From Selenomonadaceae bacterium (GTDB taxonomy: Bacteria; Bacillota; Negativicutes; Selenomonadales; Selenomonadaceae): DNA of 64,000 nt. Under the pieces are notes generated by a model that worked only from the letters and a program-made list of their open reading frames with translations, was not told where the DNA came from and searched no databases. Where the stretch lies: NCBI GenBank assembly GCA_017614505.1, contig JAGABT010000001.1:515-64514 (forward strand), given 5' to 3'. Positions within the stretch are counted from its first letter, which is position 1, and each line of letters begins with the position of its first letter. Shown here piece by piece: positions 50,505 through 60,566 of the stretch. Both the position numbers and the translations under genes were made by a program.

Positions 50505-52211
50505 ATGGCAGATAAAATTAAAGGTAAAGGCGTAATTTCCGGCATTGCCGTCGGTAACATTTTGCTCGCTGGACAGAACCTTGACAGCTTTCTCGTAAGC
50601 TACAAGCCTGGCAAACTCGACGCCGAAAAGAAAAAGGCGGCAGACGCGCTCGTAAAAGTCGCTGAATCGCTCCAGAGCAGCATTAAAAAATTCAATGAGC
50701 AGGGACTCAAGGAACAGGCTGGCATTCTTGAAGCGCACCGCATGATGGTCGAAGACCCCGCTATGAGCGGCGCTATCGATGAACAGATTGACATCAGCAA
50801 ATCCGCCCCGAAAGCCGTCCTCGACGCGTACGAAGCGCAGGCGCAGATTTTTGAAGCAATGGAAGACGAATACTTCCGCGGACGCGCCGTTGATATGCGC
50901 GACGTTGGCAAGCGTATCGCGAAATTCCTGCTCGGCATTAAGGAACCCGAAATCGCCGGTAAAGTTATCGTTGCCGGTCGCGAAATTGAGCCGTCCGTTA
51001 TCGCCGGTCTGCCCACGGACAAAATCGCGGGCGTTATCCTCGGCGCTGGCTCCACTACCGCGCACGCCGTTATTATCGCTAAGACCCGCGCTATCCCGAC
51101 GGTTGTCGGCGTAGGCGACGGAATTGACCAGATGGCTGACGGCGACCCCGCTATCCTCGACGGCGACGCTGGCGAAATTCTCATTCGCCCCACCGATAAG
51201 GAACGCAAAACTTACGACGAAAAAATTAAAAAGCAGGAAGAACTTAAAGCCTACTACGCCACGCTTAAAACTCTTCCGGCTAAAACCAAAGACGGCAAGG
51301 AAGTTATCCTCGCTGCCAATATCGGCTCGCCCGCTGACGTTGACGCCGCTAACGGTTTCGGTGCGCACGGCGTTGGTCTGTTCCGCTCCGAGTTCGTCTT
51401 CATGGGCAAATCCGACGTTCCGAAGGAAGAAGATCAGTTCAAAGAATACAAAGCCGCTGTCGAAAAATGTAACGGCAACCTCTGCGTTATCCGCACCATG
51501 GATATTGGCGGCGATAAGCCCCTGCCCTACATTCAGGTCGACAAGGAAGAAAATCCGTTCCTCGGCTACCGCGCGATTCGTATCAGCCTGCAGCGCAAGG
51601 ATTTGTTCATGCCGCAGCTGAAAGCTATCCTCCGCGCCGGCGTTTTCGGCAAGGCCGCTATCATGTTCCCGATGGTTATCAATGTCAAAGAGTTCCTCGA
51701 CGCTAAACAGTTCGTTGAAGATGCAAAAATGGAACTCGCTCACGAAGGCAAAGACTTCGCGCAGGACGTTCAGGTCGGTATCATGGTCGAAACTCCCGCC
51801 GCTGCAGTTATGGCGCCCGTACTCGCGAAGTACGTCGACTTCTTCAGCATTGGCACCAACGACCTTGTTCAGTACACGCTCGCCGTTGACCGCGGCAACG
51901 CCCAAATTTCTTACCTCTACAACCACTTCAATCCCGCTGTTTTGAGACTCATTAAGCGCACGATTGAATCCGCCAACAAGGAAGGCAAATGGGCTGGCAT
52001 GTGCGGCGAAATGGCGTCCGACCCCAACGCGGCTATCCTCCTCATGGCTATGGGCATTAAGGAACTTTCCATGTCCGCTCCGTCCATTCCGCGCGTCAAG
52101 GAACGCATTCGCAACTTCACCTTCACCCGCGCTCAGGAAATCCTCAAAGAAGTTATGGATATGGAAGACGGCGACAAGATTAAGGAATACCTCTCGAATC
52201 TCAAAGCGTAA
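50505..52211 (+). CDS. ptsI: Phosphoenolpyruvate-protein phosphotransferase (PTS Enzyme I).
   Basis: GSTTAHAVIIAK (phospho-His region), GLFRSEF, IRTMDIGGDK and SIGTNDL motifs. The start ATG 50505 (MADKIKGKG) follows GGGGGAA; the track start at 50394 reads through the tandem repeat. Confidence 0.93.
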   Translation: MADKIKGKGVISGIAVGNILLAGQNLDSFLVSYKPGKLDAEKKKAADALVKVAESLQSSIKKFNEQGLKEQAGILEAHRMMVEDPAMSGAIDEQIDISKSAPKAVLDAYEAQAQIFEAMEDEYFRGRAVDMRDVGKRIAKFLLGIKEPEIAGKVIVAGREIEPSVIAGLPTDKIAGVILGAGSTTAHAVIIAKTRAIPTVVGVGDGIDQMADGDPAILDGDAGEILIRPTDKERKTYDEKIKKQEELKAYYATLKTLPAKTKDGKEVILAANIGSPADVDAANGFGAHGVGLFRSEFVFMGKSDVPKEEDQFKEYKAAVEKCNGNLCVIRTMDIGGDKPLPYIQVDKEENPFLGYRAIRISLQRKDLFMPQLKAILRAGVFGKAAIMFPMVINVKEFLDAKQFVEDAKMELAHEGKDFAQDVQVGIMVETPAAAVMAPVLAKYVDFFSIGTNDLVQYTLAVDRGNAQISYLYNHFNPAVLRLIKRTIESANKEGKWAGMCGEMASDPNAAILLMAMGIKELSMSAPSIPRVKERIRNFTFTRAQEILKEVMDMEDGDKIKEYLSNLKA

Positions 52212-52267
52212 AATCAAGCGTCAGGAAATCCTTAAATATCTCGCGAATCTCAAGACATAGAAAAAAT

Positions 52268-52302
52268 GCGCCACATGGACGCACGCGCTTAAGAAGCGCG
52301 CC
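52268..52302. repeat. Mosaic element module (catgga hairpin), copy 5a.
   Basis: A 35-bp exact match to 39844-39878. Confidence 0.9.
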
Positions 52303-52341
52303 TGCAAATTCGACGAATAGGAGGATTTGCTATGGCGCGCC

Positions 52342-52370
52342 GCCCGCGATTTCAGCGGGCAATTTTTTTT
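52342..52370 (+). terminator. Intrinsic terminator of ptsI.
   Basis: gcccgc (52342-52347), a 7-nt loop, gcgggc (52355-52360), then aaTTTTTTTT. Confidence 0.75.
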
Positions 52371-52445
52371 GCCAGCAGCAACTGCTCTTACTCATCGCAG
52401 TTGCACTTTTTTTAAAAGAAATGCTGAAACAAGAAATGCTGATTT
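52371..52445. repeat. Mosaic element, copy 5b.
   Basis: gccagcagcaa, then hairpin 52378-52404 (gcaactgc / tcttactcatc / gcagttgc), then agaaatgctgaaac and a second agaaatgctga. Confidence 0.8.
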
Positions 52446-52454
52446 TTTTTTGAA

Positions 52455-53408
52455 TTACTGAGCGGCGGATTTTTTTATTTTTCTGGAACTCCTGTGCGGC
52501 ATTTTTTTGAACTCGTATTCGTCGAATGGCGGGCGGTCTGCAAGGTTGAAATGAAATTCCTTGAGCGTGCGGTTGATTATTTGCGGCGTCAATTTTTCGC
52601 GCGGCAGCTGGCGAATCAGCATTACCAGAAATTTCGCCGCGTCCGAAGTCGTGTCGCCGTAGGAAACCCGCGCCGCCGACTGCGCTATCAAATCCATTCG
52701 CGCGGATTCTATCGCGTCAAGCGTGCATTCGGCTTGCAGGTGTGGAAATTCCGCCGAGATTTTTTCCTGCACTTCGTGGAAGGGCATCCACGGCGCGTCG
52801 TAGAATATTCGCCGGATTCTTTTTCGCAGTTTCGCGCGTTCCTTGACCTTGCAAATATCGCAGACAGTTTCCGACGGCGGGCAGAGCAGTTCGCAGAATT
52901 TGCATTTGTGCCAGCCGCGCGCCAGTCTTGATTTTTCAGCTTTGGCGTAGCTGAGCAAAGTTTTCAGCACGATTTGCCGCTGTTCCTCGTCGCTAATCAC
53001 GGCGGCTTTTTTTTTGCAGGCGGCAATTTCCTCGGCGGTAAGCTCAACTTCGACAGGCGGATTTTTCGCAGGCGCCGGAGCTTTTTCAATAACGACCGGC
53101 GGCGGATTAAGACTCCTGCCGAACTCAATCCGCGTGACAAAATCTGCGCCCTGGTTCATTTGCTCGTTAATCTTTTGGACGAATTTCTGGGCGCCGTACT
53201 TGACGAAATCGCGGACGGCGGAATTTTGCGACGCGATAACTAAAACTCCGCCGTCAAGTTTCACGAACTCAAGTTCAGTCGCAACGGCGCCGAAAATATT
53301 TTCCCAGCGGCTGAGAAGTTCCTGACGCAGGATTTTTTTGCGGAGCGTGGCGTCAATTTCACCCAGACTTTTAGGGATAATGCTGGCAATAATTTCCGGC
53401 TCGCTCAT
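52455..53408 (-). CDS. DUF721/DciA-like protein, extended form with a zinc-ribbon-like CxxC...CxxC.
   Basis: The N-terminal LLSRWENIFG...FVKLDGGVLVIASQNSAVRDFVKY resembles DUF721 and sits in the conserved position after recF. CKFCELLCPPSETVCDICK is present. It overlaps recF by 4 nt. Confidence 0.55.
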   Translation of the reverse strand: MSEPEIIASIIPKSLGEIDATLRKKILRQELLSRWENIFGAVATELEFVKLDGGVLVIASQNSAVRDFVKYGAQKFVQKINEQMNQGADFVTRIEFGRSLNPPPVVIEKAPAPAKNPPVEVELTAEEIAACKKKAAVISDEEQRQIVLKTLLSYAKAEKSRLARGWHKCKFCELLCPPSETVCDICKVKERAKLRKRIRRIFYDAPWMPFHEVQEKISAEFPHLQAECTLDAIESARMDLIAQSAARVSYGDTTSDAAKFLVMLIRQLPREKLTPQIINRTLKEFHFNLADRPPFDEYEFKKMPHRSSRKIKKSAAQ

Positions 53409-54517
53409 AAGATTCGCCCGCCTTCGACGCTGAAAATTTTTCCGACCGGTTCCGCTGGGAAGTACGATTTTTCCGTTGCCGTTATCAGCGTCTGAATTTG
53501 TTCGCGCAGAAGAAATGCTAAAAGTTGAGCTCGGCGCGCGGCGTCCAGTTCGCTCATCACGTCGTCGAGCAACAGGATTGGGTATTCGCCCGCCGCTGAT
53601 TTTAAAAGCTGCAGTTCCGAAAGTTTCAGCGCGAGCGTTGTCGTGCGGATTTGCCCCTGCGAGCCGTACTGCCGAAGCTCCCGCCCGTTCAGGAAAAACT
53701 GCAAATCGTCAAGGTGCGGTCCCAGACTCGTTGAGCCGCGCTGCACGTCCGAGAAATTCCGCGCCCGCAAGTTTTCGCAGTACCAGCGCGAAAGAAAATC
53801 CGCGTCAAAATTCTCCGGCGCATTCAAATCCTGCAAGCCGCGCAGGTCGTAGGAAATTGAAAGTTCCTCCGCCTGCGTAGAAATTTCCTGCTGAACGTTA
53901 CGCGCAACGGCGTTGAGTTTTTCCACGGTAGCGAGGCGCTTTACCAGAATTTTCGCGGCGGTTTTAGCCAGCTGCTCATTCCACAGCTCAAGATTATTCG
54001 GCGCCGCTGAGCCTTCACGGATTTTTTTCAGCAGAACGTTGCGCTGTTCCACCAGCCGGTTGTACGCCGTCAAATCTGAAAAGTAAACGGGCGACGCCTG
54101 CGAAATTACTGCGTCGAGAAATTTGCGTCGAACCGCAGGCGCCCCTTTGAACATAAATAAATCTTCCGGCGAGAACATGACCGTTGCCAGCCGCCCGATA
54201 AGACTGCGCAGGCGTATCGCGTTGCCGTCCAGTAAAATTTTTCGCCGTCGTTCAGCAGAAATTTCAATCGCCAGACTGTGCGAAACTTCTGCCCGCGCGA
54301 AATCCAGCCGGATAACTGCCGAATTTTCTCCCCAGCGTATCAGTTCGGTATCCTTCGCCGCGCGCGAAATTCCCAGCGACGCGAAGTGTATCGCCTCCAG
54401 AATGTTCGTTTTGCCCTGCGCGTTGCGCCCAAGGAAAATATTTATCTCGGCGTCCGGCTCAAGATTCAGCGCGGTGAAATTGCGGAAGTCGCTGAGAATA
54501 ATTCTGTCGATTTTCAT
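53405..54517 (-). CDS. recF: DNA replication and repair protein RecF.
   Basis: GRNAQGKTNILEA Walker A, a GPHLDD-like motif and LLLDDVMSELD Walker B. Confidence 0.9.
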   Translation of the reverse strand: MKIDRIILSDFRNFTALNLEPDAEINIFLGRNAQGKTNILEAIHFASLGISRAAKDTELIRWGENSAVIRLDFARAEVSHSLAIEISAERRRKILLDGNAIRLRSLIGRLATVMFSPEDLFMFKGAPAVRRKFLDAVISQASPVYFSDLTAYNRLVEQRNVLLKKIREGSAAPNNLELWNEQLAKTAAKILVKRLATVEKLNAVARNVQQEISTQAEELSISYDLRGLQDLNAPENFDADFLSRWYCENLRARNFSDVQRGSTSLGPHLDDLQFFLNGRELRQYGSQGQIRTTTLALKLSELQLLKSAAGEYPILLLDDVMSELDAARRAQLLAFLLREQIQTLITATEKSYFPAEPVGKIFSVEGGRIL

Positions 54518-55623
54518 TGCGTGCGGAGCGGCGTGATGATATAAATGAAACTTTCGTCGTCAGTCCCTTGAATTTTCGCCGGCATCAGCGGCTGATTCAT
54601 ACCGAAGCCAATCGTTTTGGTATCGAAAACTTTCAGCGCGTCGAGCAGGTAACTGAAGTTGAACGAAATCTCCAGATCGTCGCCATTAACATTCGCGTCG
54701 ACGTGCTCAATGGATTTGCCGACGTTGTAGGAATTGGCGGAAATTTCAAGCCCGTCCTGCGTGAATTTAAAGAGTACAGTTTTGTATTCGGTCTCCTGAG
54801 CGATAATCTGCATGCGCTCAATGGCAACGCGCAGCTCGGCAACGTCGACTTCGGCGGTAGTCGCGCAGGACGCCGGAATAACTTTGTCGTAGGGCGGGAA
54901 AGTGCCGTCGATAATGCGGGAACTCATGAAAATGTTGTCGAAAGTGAAAGCGACGCCGGTGCCGTAAAAATCTACCGAGACAACGTTGTCGCTGGATTTG
55001 TAGAGCATACCGAGCAAATTCCTGAGCGTGGCGGCGTGTACGATGAATTGCAGGCTTTCAAGTTCGTCGAAAAGCTGATCCCTGGCGATGGCGATGCGGC
55101 TGGTGTTCGTCGCGGCAAAAGTTATGGCGGTACCGGCAATGTCAATGAGGCAGCCGGTAAAAACAGGGCGCGATTCGTCTTTGGAGCAGGCGAAAACCGT
55201 GCGGGCGATAAGATTTTTCAGCGCGTCTTTCGGAATGCGGAAACTGTGCGTGGCGTCTTCCTTGTTAATGCGCGGAAAATCCTCGGCGTCCATGCTGAGC
55301 AGGTCAAAGCTGGCTGCCTCCGACCTGAGCGTAACGGTGGCGGCGTCATCTTCATTCGTGAGCGTAACAATTTCGCCGCCGAGTTTGCCGACGATATTCG
55401 TGAAATATCCGCCAGCAACGACGATAGCGCCTTCGACTTCGACGTTCGCGGGAATTTTGGCGATAATGCTGATTGAAAAATTCGTCGCCTGAAGTTCAAG
55501 CGTATCGTCAGCGGCGCGCAGGTAAATTCCGGCGAGAACCGGCGTACTGGGCTTGACGGCAACCGCCTTGACAACGGCATTCAGCGCGTCATTTAAATCT
55601 TTCTTTGAACAGGTGCATTTCAT
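54514..55623 (-). CDS. dnaN: DNA polymerase III beta sliding clamp.
   Basis: 369 aa. The start MKCTCSKKDLNDALNAVVKAVAVKPSTPVLAGIYL and the three-domain length fit the family. It overlaps recF by 4 nt. Confidence 0.9.
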   Translation of the reverse strand: MKCTCSKKDLNDALNAVVKAVAVKPSTPVLAGIYLRAADDTLELQATNFSISIIAKIPANVEVEGAIVVAGGYFTNIVGKLGGEIVTLTNEDDAATVTLRSEAASFDLLSMDAEDFPRINKEDATHSFRIPKDALKNLIARTVFACSKDESRPVFTGCLIDIAGTAITFAATNTSRIAIARDQLFDELESLQFIVHAATLRNLLGMLYKSSDNVVSVDFYGTGVAFTFDNIFMSSRIIDGTFPPYDKVIPASCATTAEVDVAELRVAIERMQIIAQETEYKTVLFKFTQDGLEISANSYNVGKSIEHVDANVNGDDLEISFNFSYLLDALKVFDTKTIGFGMNQPLMPAKIQGTDDESFIYIITPLRTQ

Positions 55624-55656
55624 TCTGTGAAAACCTCCAAAAATTTTTTCAGCCGG

Positions 55657-58600
55657 TTAAATTTTAGCAACACCGAGGGTAATTTTTTCGCCGTTGATGT
55701 CCCATTCCTTAGAATTTTCGGCGGCGGCGTCAAAAATAATTTCGTCGGCGAGCGCTACAGTCTGAATTTCGGCGGCGTTACGGCTGATAATTTCGGCGAG
55801 CTTAGCGTTGCCCTGCGCGAAAATTTTAATGCGGTCGGTAACTTCAAATTTGCTGTCTCGACGCATGGTCTGAACCTTGCTGATAATTTCGCGGACAAAG
55901 CCTTCCTCAATGAGCGCGGGCGTGAGCGTTGTGGACAGCGCGATAGAAATTTCGCCGTCATTCTGGCAGTTGTAGCCTTCGGTCTGCGCGACGGTAATTT
56001 CAATATCTTCGGGCGTCAGGACAAATTCGCCGAGTTTGAGTTCGCCGGTCTTATCGAGTTCAGCCTTCGCGCTGGCGCCGTTGAGATTTTTGAGCGCAGC
56101 TTGAACCGTTCCCATTGCCTTGCCGACTTTCTTGCCGAGCACGCGGAAATTGGGCTTGACGCTGTACTTGACAAATTCGTCCATATTCGCGCGGAACTCC
56201 ACGGCTTTAACGTTGAGCTCGTCAGCGATGATGTCAACGAAAAATTCCGGCAGCGGCTCAGCCTTGACGAACATTTGAGCGACGGGCTGGCGGTTTTTGA
56301 TATTGGCGGAGTTGCGGGCGGCGCGTCCGAGCACGACGATTTTGGAAACTTCGTCCATGTTGCGTTCAAGTTCGGCGTCGATTTTAGATTCGTCAGCTGT
56401 CGGGAAATCGCACAGGTGAACTGATTCAGGCGCGCTGGCGTCGATTGAGCAAACCAAATTGCGGTAAATATTTTCCGTGATGAAAGGCACCATAGGCGCG
56501 GCGCATTTGGCGAAAGTTACCAGCGCGGTGTAAAGCGTCATGTAGGCGTTGATTTTATCCTGCTCCATGCCCTTCGCCCAGAAACGCGCACGGCTGCGGC
56601 GGACGTACCAGTTTGAAAGTTCGTCGACAAAAGCTTGGAGCGCCTTTGCAGTTTCAGGAACTTTGTAATTGGCAAGGCAATCGTCGACAGTCTTAACCAT
56701 CGTGTTGAGGCGGCTAAGGCACCATTTGTCCATAACGCTCAGGCTGTCGTAGTCGAGCTGGTATTTGGTGGCGTCGAAATTGTCAATGTTCGCATACAAA
56801 ACGAAAAATGCGTAGGTGTTCCAGAGCGTGCCGAGGAATTTGCGCTGCCCTTCGATAACGGCGTCATCGTGGAAACGATTGGGGAGCCAGGGCGCGGAAT
56901 TTTCGTAGAAGTACCAGCGGATAGCGTCGGCGCCGTGCTTTTTGAGCATATCCATTGGCGCGACGGCGTTGCCCTTGGACTTCGACATTTTCTGCCCGTC
57001 CTTGTCGAGAACGAGACCGAGCACGATAACATTTTCAAAGGAAGTTTTGTCGAACAGGAGCGTGGAAATTGCCAGCAGGGAATAAAACCAGCCGCGCGTC
57101 TGGTCGACCGCCTCGCTGATAAAATCTGCCGGAAAATGCGTCTCGAAAGTTTCCTTGTTCTCAAACGGATAGTGCCACTGCGCGAAGGGCATGGCGCCGC
57201 TGTCAAACCAGCAGTCGATAACTTCAGGGACGCGATGCATTTCGCCGCCGCATTTTTCGCACGGGAAAGTTACAGCGTCGATGTACGGGCGGTGCAGTTC
57301 AATATCGTCGGGACAATTTTTGGACAGGGATTTGAGCTCGTCGATTGAGCCGACGGAATGCTGGTGACCGCAGGAACATTCCCAGATATTGAGCGGCGTA
57401 CCCCAGTAGCGGTTGCGCGAAATTCCCCAGTCCTGCACGTGCTCAAGCCAGTCGCCGAATCTGCCGGTGCCAATCGTCGGCGGTATCCAGTTAATCGTGG
57501 CGTTATTTTTCAGCAGCGCGTCTTTAACCGCCGTCATTTTGATAAACCACGATTCGCGGGCGTAGTAAATCAGCGGGGTATCGCAGCGCCAGCAGTGCGG
57601 GTAGGAATGTTCGAAAACCGGCGCGCGGAAAAGTTTGCCGGTTTTTTTAAGGTCGGCGAGAATCAGCGGGTCAGCGTCCTTGACGAAAGTGCCAGCCCAA
57701 AAAGTTTCAGCGGTCATGTTGCCCTTGCCGTCGACGAACTGAACGAAAGGCGTGCCGTACTTTTTGCAAACGCGGTTATCGTCCTCGCCGAAAGCGGGCG
57801 CGCAGTGAACGATGCCGGTGCCGTCCTCGGTCGTAACGTAATCGTCGCAGGTTATGAAAAACGCGGGCTTGCCGGATTTTTTAACGGCTTCGTCGGCGAA
57901 AGGATACAGCGGCTCGTATTTTTTAAATTCCAAATCCGCGCCCTTGTACCGCTCAAGAATTTGGCGCTCGCCTTCGACGCCCTCAAAAACTTTTTCAACC
58001 AGCGCTTCCGCCAGAATGTATTTCGTGTCGCCGATTTGAATTTTCACGTAGTCAACTTTCGGATTGACGCACAAAACCAGATTTGACGGCAGCGTCCATG
58101 GCGTGGTAGTCCAAGCCAGATAAAACGCGTCAGACTCGGCGGATTTGAACTTGACGACGGCGGAGCGTTCCTTCAAATCCTTGTAGCCGAGCGAAACTTC
58201 GTGCGAAGAAAGCGGCGTGCCACAGCGCGGGCAGTAAGGTACAACTTTATGCCCCTTGTAAAGCAGACCTTTTTTCCAGATTTCCTTGAGCGCCCACCAC
58301 TCCGACTCGATGTAATAATTTTCGTAGGTGATGTACGGGTGCTCCATATCCGCCCAAAATCCAACGACGCCGGAAAATTCTTCCCACATGGCCTTATATT
58401 TCCAGACGGATTCGCGGCACTTTTTGATAAACGGCTCGATACCGTAAGCCTCGATTTGTTCCTTGCCGTTGATACCGATGAGCTTTTCAACTTCGAGTTC
58501 GACGGGCAGACCGTGCGTGTCCCAGCCGGCTTTGCGCAAAACTTTTTCGCCCTTCATGGAGTGGTAGCGCGGGAACAAATCCTTGATGACGCGCGTCAGA

Positions 58601-58791
58601 ACGTGTCCTACGTGCGGCTGACCGTTAGCAGTCGGCGGACCGTCGTAGAAAGTATAATCGCGGCAGCCTTCGCGCTGGTCTACAGCCTTCTGCGCGATAT
58701 TGTTTTCAGCCCAGAAATTTTCAACTTCCTTCTCGCGGCTGGCAAAATCCAAATTAGTCTCAACCTTGCGATACAAAATCTCAACCTCCAA
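55657..58791 (-). CDS. ileS: Isoleucine-tRNA ligase (long type, 1044 aa).
   Basis: PPTANGQPHVGH (HIGH) and KMSKSKGN (KMSKS) motifs, plus zinc-binding Cys pairs. Confidence 0.95.
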   Translation of the reverse strand: MEVEILYRKVETNLDFASREKEVENFWAENNIAQKAVDQREGCRDYTFYDGPPTANGQPHVGHVLTRVIKDLFPRYHSMKGEKVLRKAGWDTHGLPVELEVEKLIGINGKEQIEAYGIEPFIKKCRESVWKYKAMWEEFSGVVGFWADMEHPYITYENYYIESEWWALKEIWKKGLLYKGHKVVPYCPRCGTPLSSHEVSLGYKDLKERSAVVKFKSAESDAFYLAWTTTPWTLPSNLVLCVNPKVDYVKIQIGDTKYILAEALVEKVFEGVEGERQILERYKGADLEFKKYEPLYPFADEAVKKSGKPAFFITCDDYVTTEDGTGIVHCAPAFGEDDNRVCKKYGTPFVQFVDGKGNMTAETFWAGTFVKDADPLILADLKKTGKLFRAPVFEHSYPHCWRCDTPLIYYARESWFIKMTAVKDALLKNNATINWIPPTIGTGRFGDWLEHVQDWGISRNRYWGTPLNIWECSCGHQHSVGSIDELKSLSKNCPDDIELHRPYIDAVTFPCEKCGGEMHRVPEVIDCWFDSGAMPFAQWHYPFENKETFETHFPADFISEAVDQTRGWFYSLLAISTLLFDKTSFENVIVLGLVLDKDGQKMSKSKGNAVAPMDMLKKHGADAIRWYFYENSAPWLPNRFHDDAVIEGQRKFLGTLWNTYAFFVLYANIDNFDATKYQLDYDSLSVMDKWCLSRLNTMVKTVDDCLANYKVPETAKALQAFVDELSNWYVRRSRARFWAKGMEQDKINAYMTLYTALVTFAKCAAPMVPFITENIYRNLVCSIDASAPESVHLCDFPTADESKIDAELERNMDEVSKIVVLGRAARNSANIKNRQPVAQMFVKAEPLPEFFVDIIADELNVKAVEFRANMDEFVKYSVKPNFRVLGKKVGKAMGTVQAALKNLNGASAKAELDKTGELKLGEFVLTPEDIEITVAQTEGYNCQNDGEISIALSTTLTPALIEEGFVREIISKVQTMRRDSKFEVTDRIKIFAQGNAKLAEIISRNAAEIQTVALADEIIFDAAAENSKEWDINGEKITLGVAKI

Positions 58792-58832
58792 AAAATTAGT
58801 GCGGCAATTATTATAGCAGGTTCGTCGAAATT

Positions 58833-59417
58833 TTACAAAATTCCCTTGGTCGACGGCACGCCGGTAATTTTTTCGTCTTTCGCAACCGCAATGCGCAGCG
58901 CGTGACCGAGCGCCTTGAATATCGCCTCAACCTTGTGGTGCGAATTTTTCCCGTACAAAACTTTGACGTGCAGAGTAATTCCGGCGTTGAACGCCAGCGC
59001 GCGCAGAAATTCTTCAACCAGCTCGGTATCGAAACTGCCTATCATTGGCGCAAGTTCACCGGCGTCGAAAACCAGAAACGGTCGCCCGCTGATGTCAAGG
59101 CTCACCAGCGCGAGGCTTTCGTCCATAGGCAGGAAAAAAGTTCCATAACGATTAATCCCGCGCTTGTCACCGAGCGCATTTTTTATCGCCGCGCCCAGCG
59201 CAATTCCAATATCCTCAACGCTGTGGTGACCGTCAACCTCCAAATCGCCGGCGCAGTCAACGCTTAAATCGAACTGCCCGTGCGCGCCGAAAAGATTCAG
59301 CATGTGGTCGAAAAATCCAATGCCCGTGATGATTTTATTTTCGCCGCCGCCGTCCAGATTTATTTCGACGCGGACTTTCGTCTCATTCGTCTCGCGAGTA
59401 ATTTTTCCAACGCGCAT
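58833..59417 (-). CDS. hisB: Imidazoleglycerol-phosphate dehydratase.
   Basis: RETNETKV..., DGHHSVEDIGIALG and GKNSHHKVEA motifs. The ATG at 59417 overlaps the hisC stop (TAATG). Confidence 0.9.
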   Translation of the reverse strand: MRVGKITRETNETKVRVEINLDGGGENKIITGIGFFDHMLNLFGAHGQFDLSVDCAGDLEVDGHHSVEDIGIALGAAIKNALGDKRGINRYGTFFLPMDESLALVSLDISGRPFLVFDAGELAPMIGSFDTELVEEFLRALAFNAGITLHVKVLYGKNSHHKVEAIFKALGHALRIAVAKDEKITGVPSTKGIL

Positions 59418-60478
59418 TATCGTCCCTCCACGAAATTTTTTACCGCCGCAAATACTTCGTCGTTTTCCATTCGCGTCCCGACCGAAATTCGCAGGCAATT
59501 TTTCAATCCCGCCGCGTTCGGTGAGAAAAACCGCACGCCTATTTCCAGCGACTCCAGATATTCTGTCAGCTCAGCCGCGCGCTCAAGCCGTATCAAAACG
59601 AAATTCGTCTGAGACGGAAAAACTTCGACGCCCGCCAGTTTTTTCAGCCGCTCAGACAATCGCTGCCGTTCCGCCACAGCCATCTGGATTCGCGGCACAA
59701 ATTCATCGCGCATCTGGTAAACTATATCCGCCGCCGCCAGCGAGAGCGTGTTCAGGTGGTACGGCATGAATGTTTTGCCAATCATGCGCGTTACGTCCGC
59801 CGCCGCCAGCATGTAGCCGACGCGCGCTCCCGCCAGCCCGTAAGCTTTGGAAAAAGTCCGCGCCACGATTAAATTCGGATAAGTTTTGACCAGCGCGAAC
59901 GCCGACCGCCCGTAAAATTCTACGTAGGCTTCGTCCAGCAGAAATGCGCAGTCGATTGACTTTGCAATTTCCTCAACCTGCGCGAGAGTCAGCGCGTTGC
60001 CGGTCGGATTGTTCGGGTTGCAGACGACGGCTAAACTTGCGCCGCTTTCACGAACTGTTTTTATGAACGCGTCAACGTCCAAATCAAATTTCTCGTCAAG
60101 GTCGAACGGCACGCCCTCCGCCTCCGCCGCCTTCGCGTAGATTTTGTACATCGAAAAGCTCGGCTGCGGGTAAACAATTTTGTGACCGGCGCCGCCGAAT
60201 GCGTGAAAAATTTTTTCAATAATTTCGCTGGAGCCACTGCCTAACAAAACCTGCTCCGGCGCCACGGAAAAATTCCGCGCAATCTGCTCAACCAGCGAGT
60301 AATATTCTTCGTTCGGATAGCGGTTGAACGAAACGCAGCCCAGCCGGTTCAGCACGCGCTCTTCAACCAGCGGCGGCAGTCCCAGCGTCGATTCGTTAGC
60401 GTTGACCTTGATTCGATAGTCTTTTTCCACGCCATCATACGAAGGCATCGCGTCCAAATCTTTTCGGTAATTCAACAT
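59417..60478 (-). CDS. hisC: Histidinol-phosphate aminotransferase.
   Basis: VNANESTLG, NPNNPTG and RTFSKAYGLAGARVGY (PLP Lys) motifs. Confidence 0.9.
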   Translation of the reverse strand: MLNYRKDLDAMPSYDGVEKDYRIKVNANESTLGLPPLVEERVLNRLGCVSFNRYPNEEYYSLVEQIARNFSVAPEQVLLGSGSSEIIEKIFHAFGGAGHKIVYPQPSFSMYKIYAKAAEAEGVPFDLDEKFDLDVDAFIKTVRESGASLAVVCNPNNPTGNALTLAQVEEIAKSIDCAFLLDEAYVEFYGRSAFALVKTYPNLIVARTFSKAYGLAGARVGYMLAAADVTRMIGKTFMPYHLNTLSLAAADIVYQMRDEFVPRIQMAVAERQRLSERLKKLAGVEVFPSQTNFVLIRLERAAELTEYLESLEIGVRFFSPNAAGLKNCLRISVGTRMENDEVFAAVKNFVEGR

Positions 60479-60527
60479 AAAAAATCCCTCCCGTGAACTA
60501 AAATTATACCAAATTTGCCGGCGTTTG

Positions 60528-60536
60528 TGCTATAAT
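60528..60536 (+). promoter_or_regulatory. Extended -10 promoter (TGcTATAAT).
   Basis: tgtgctataatc at 60526-60537 is identical to 17086-17097. Confidence 0.5.
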
Positions 60537-60566
60537 CTGCGGGGGAAAAATTTTGGGAGGACTCGA

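Noticed and set aside
50502-52217. 571-aa minus-strand ORF.
   Set aside because: It is exactly antisense to ptsI, which has unambiguous Enzyme I motifs.
52332-52415. 27-aa sORF (MARRPRFQRAIFFASSNCSYSSQLHFF) with an AGGAGG SD 7 nt upstream.
   Set aside because: It runs through the ptsI terminator hairpin and the repeat-family hairpin. The differences between repeat copies are compensatory at the RNA or DNA level and non-conservative at the protein level, so coding is unlikely. Ribosome profiling could revive it.
55624-55656. oriC / DnaA boxes upstream of dnaN, and a T-box leader upstream of ileS (58792-58832).
   Set aside because: The spacers are only 33 and 41 nt. I could find no TTATCCACA-like boxes and there is no room for a T-box structure.
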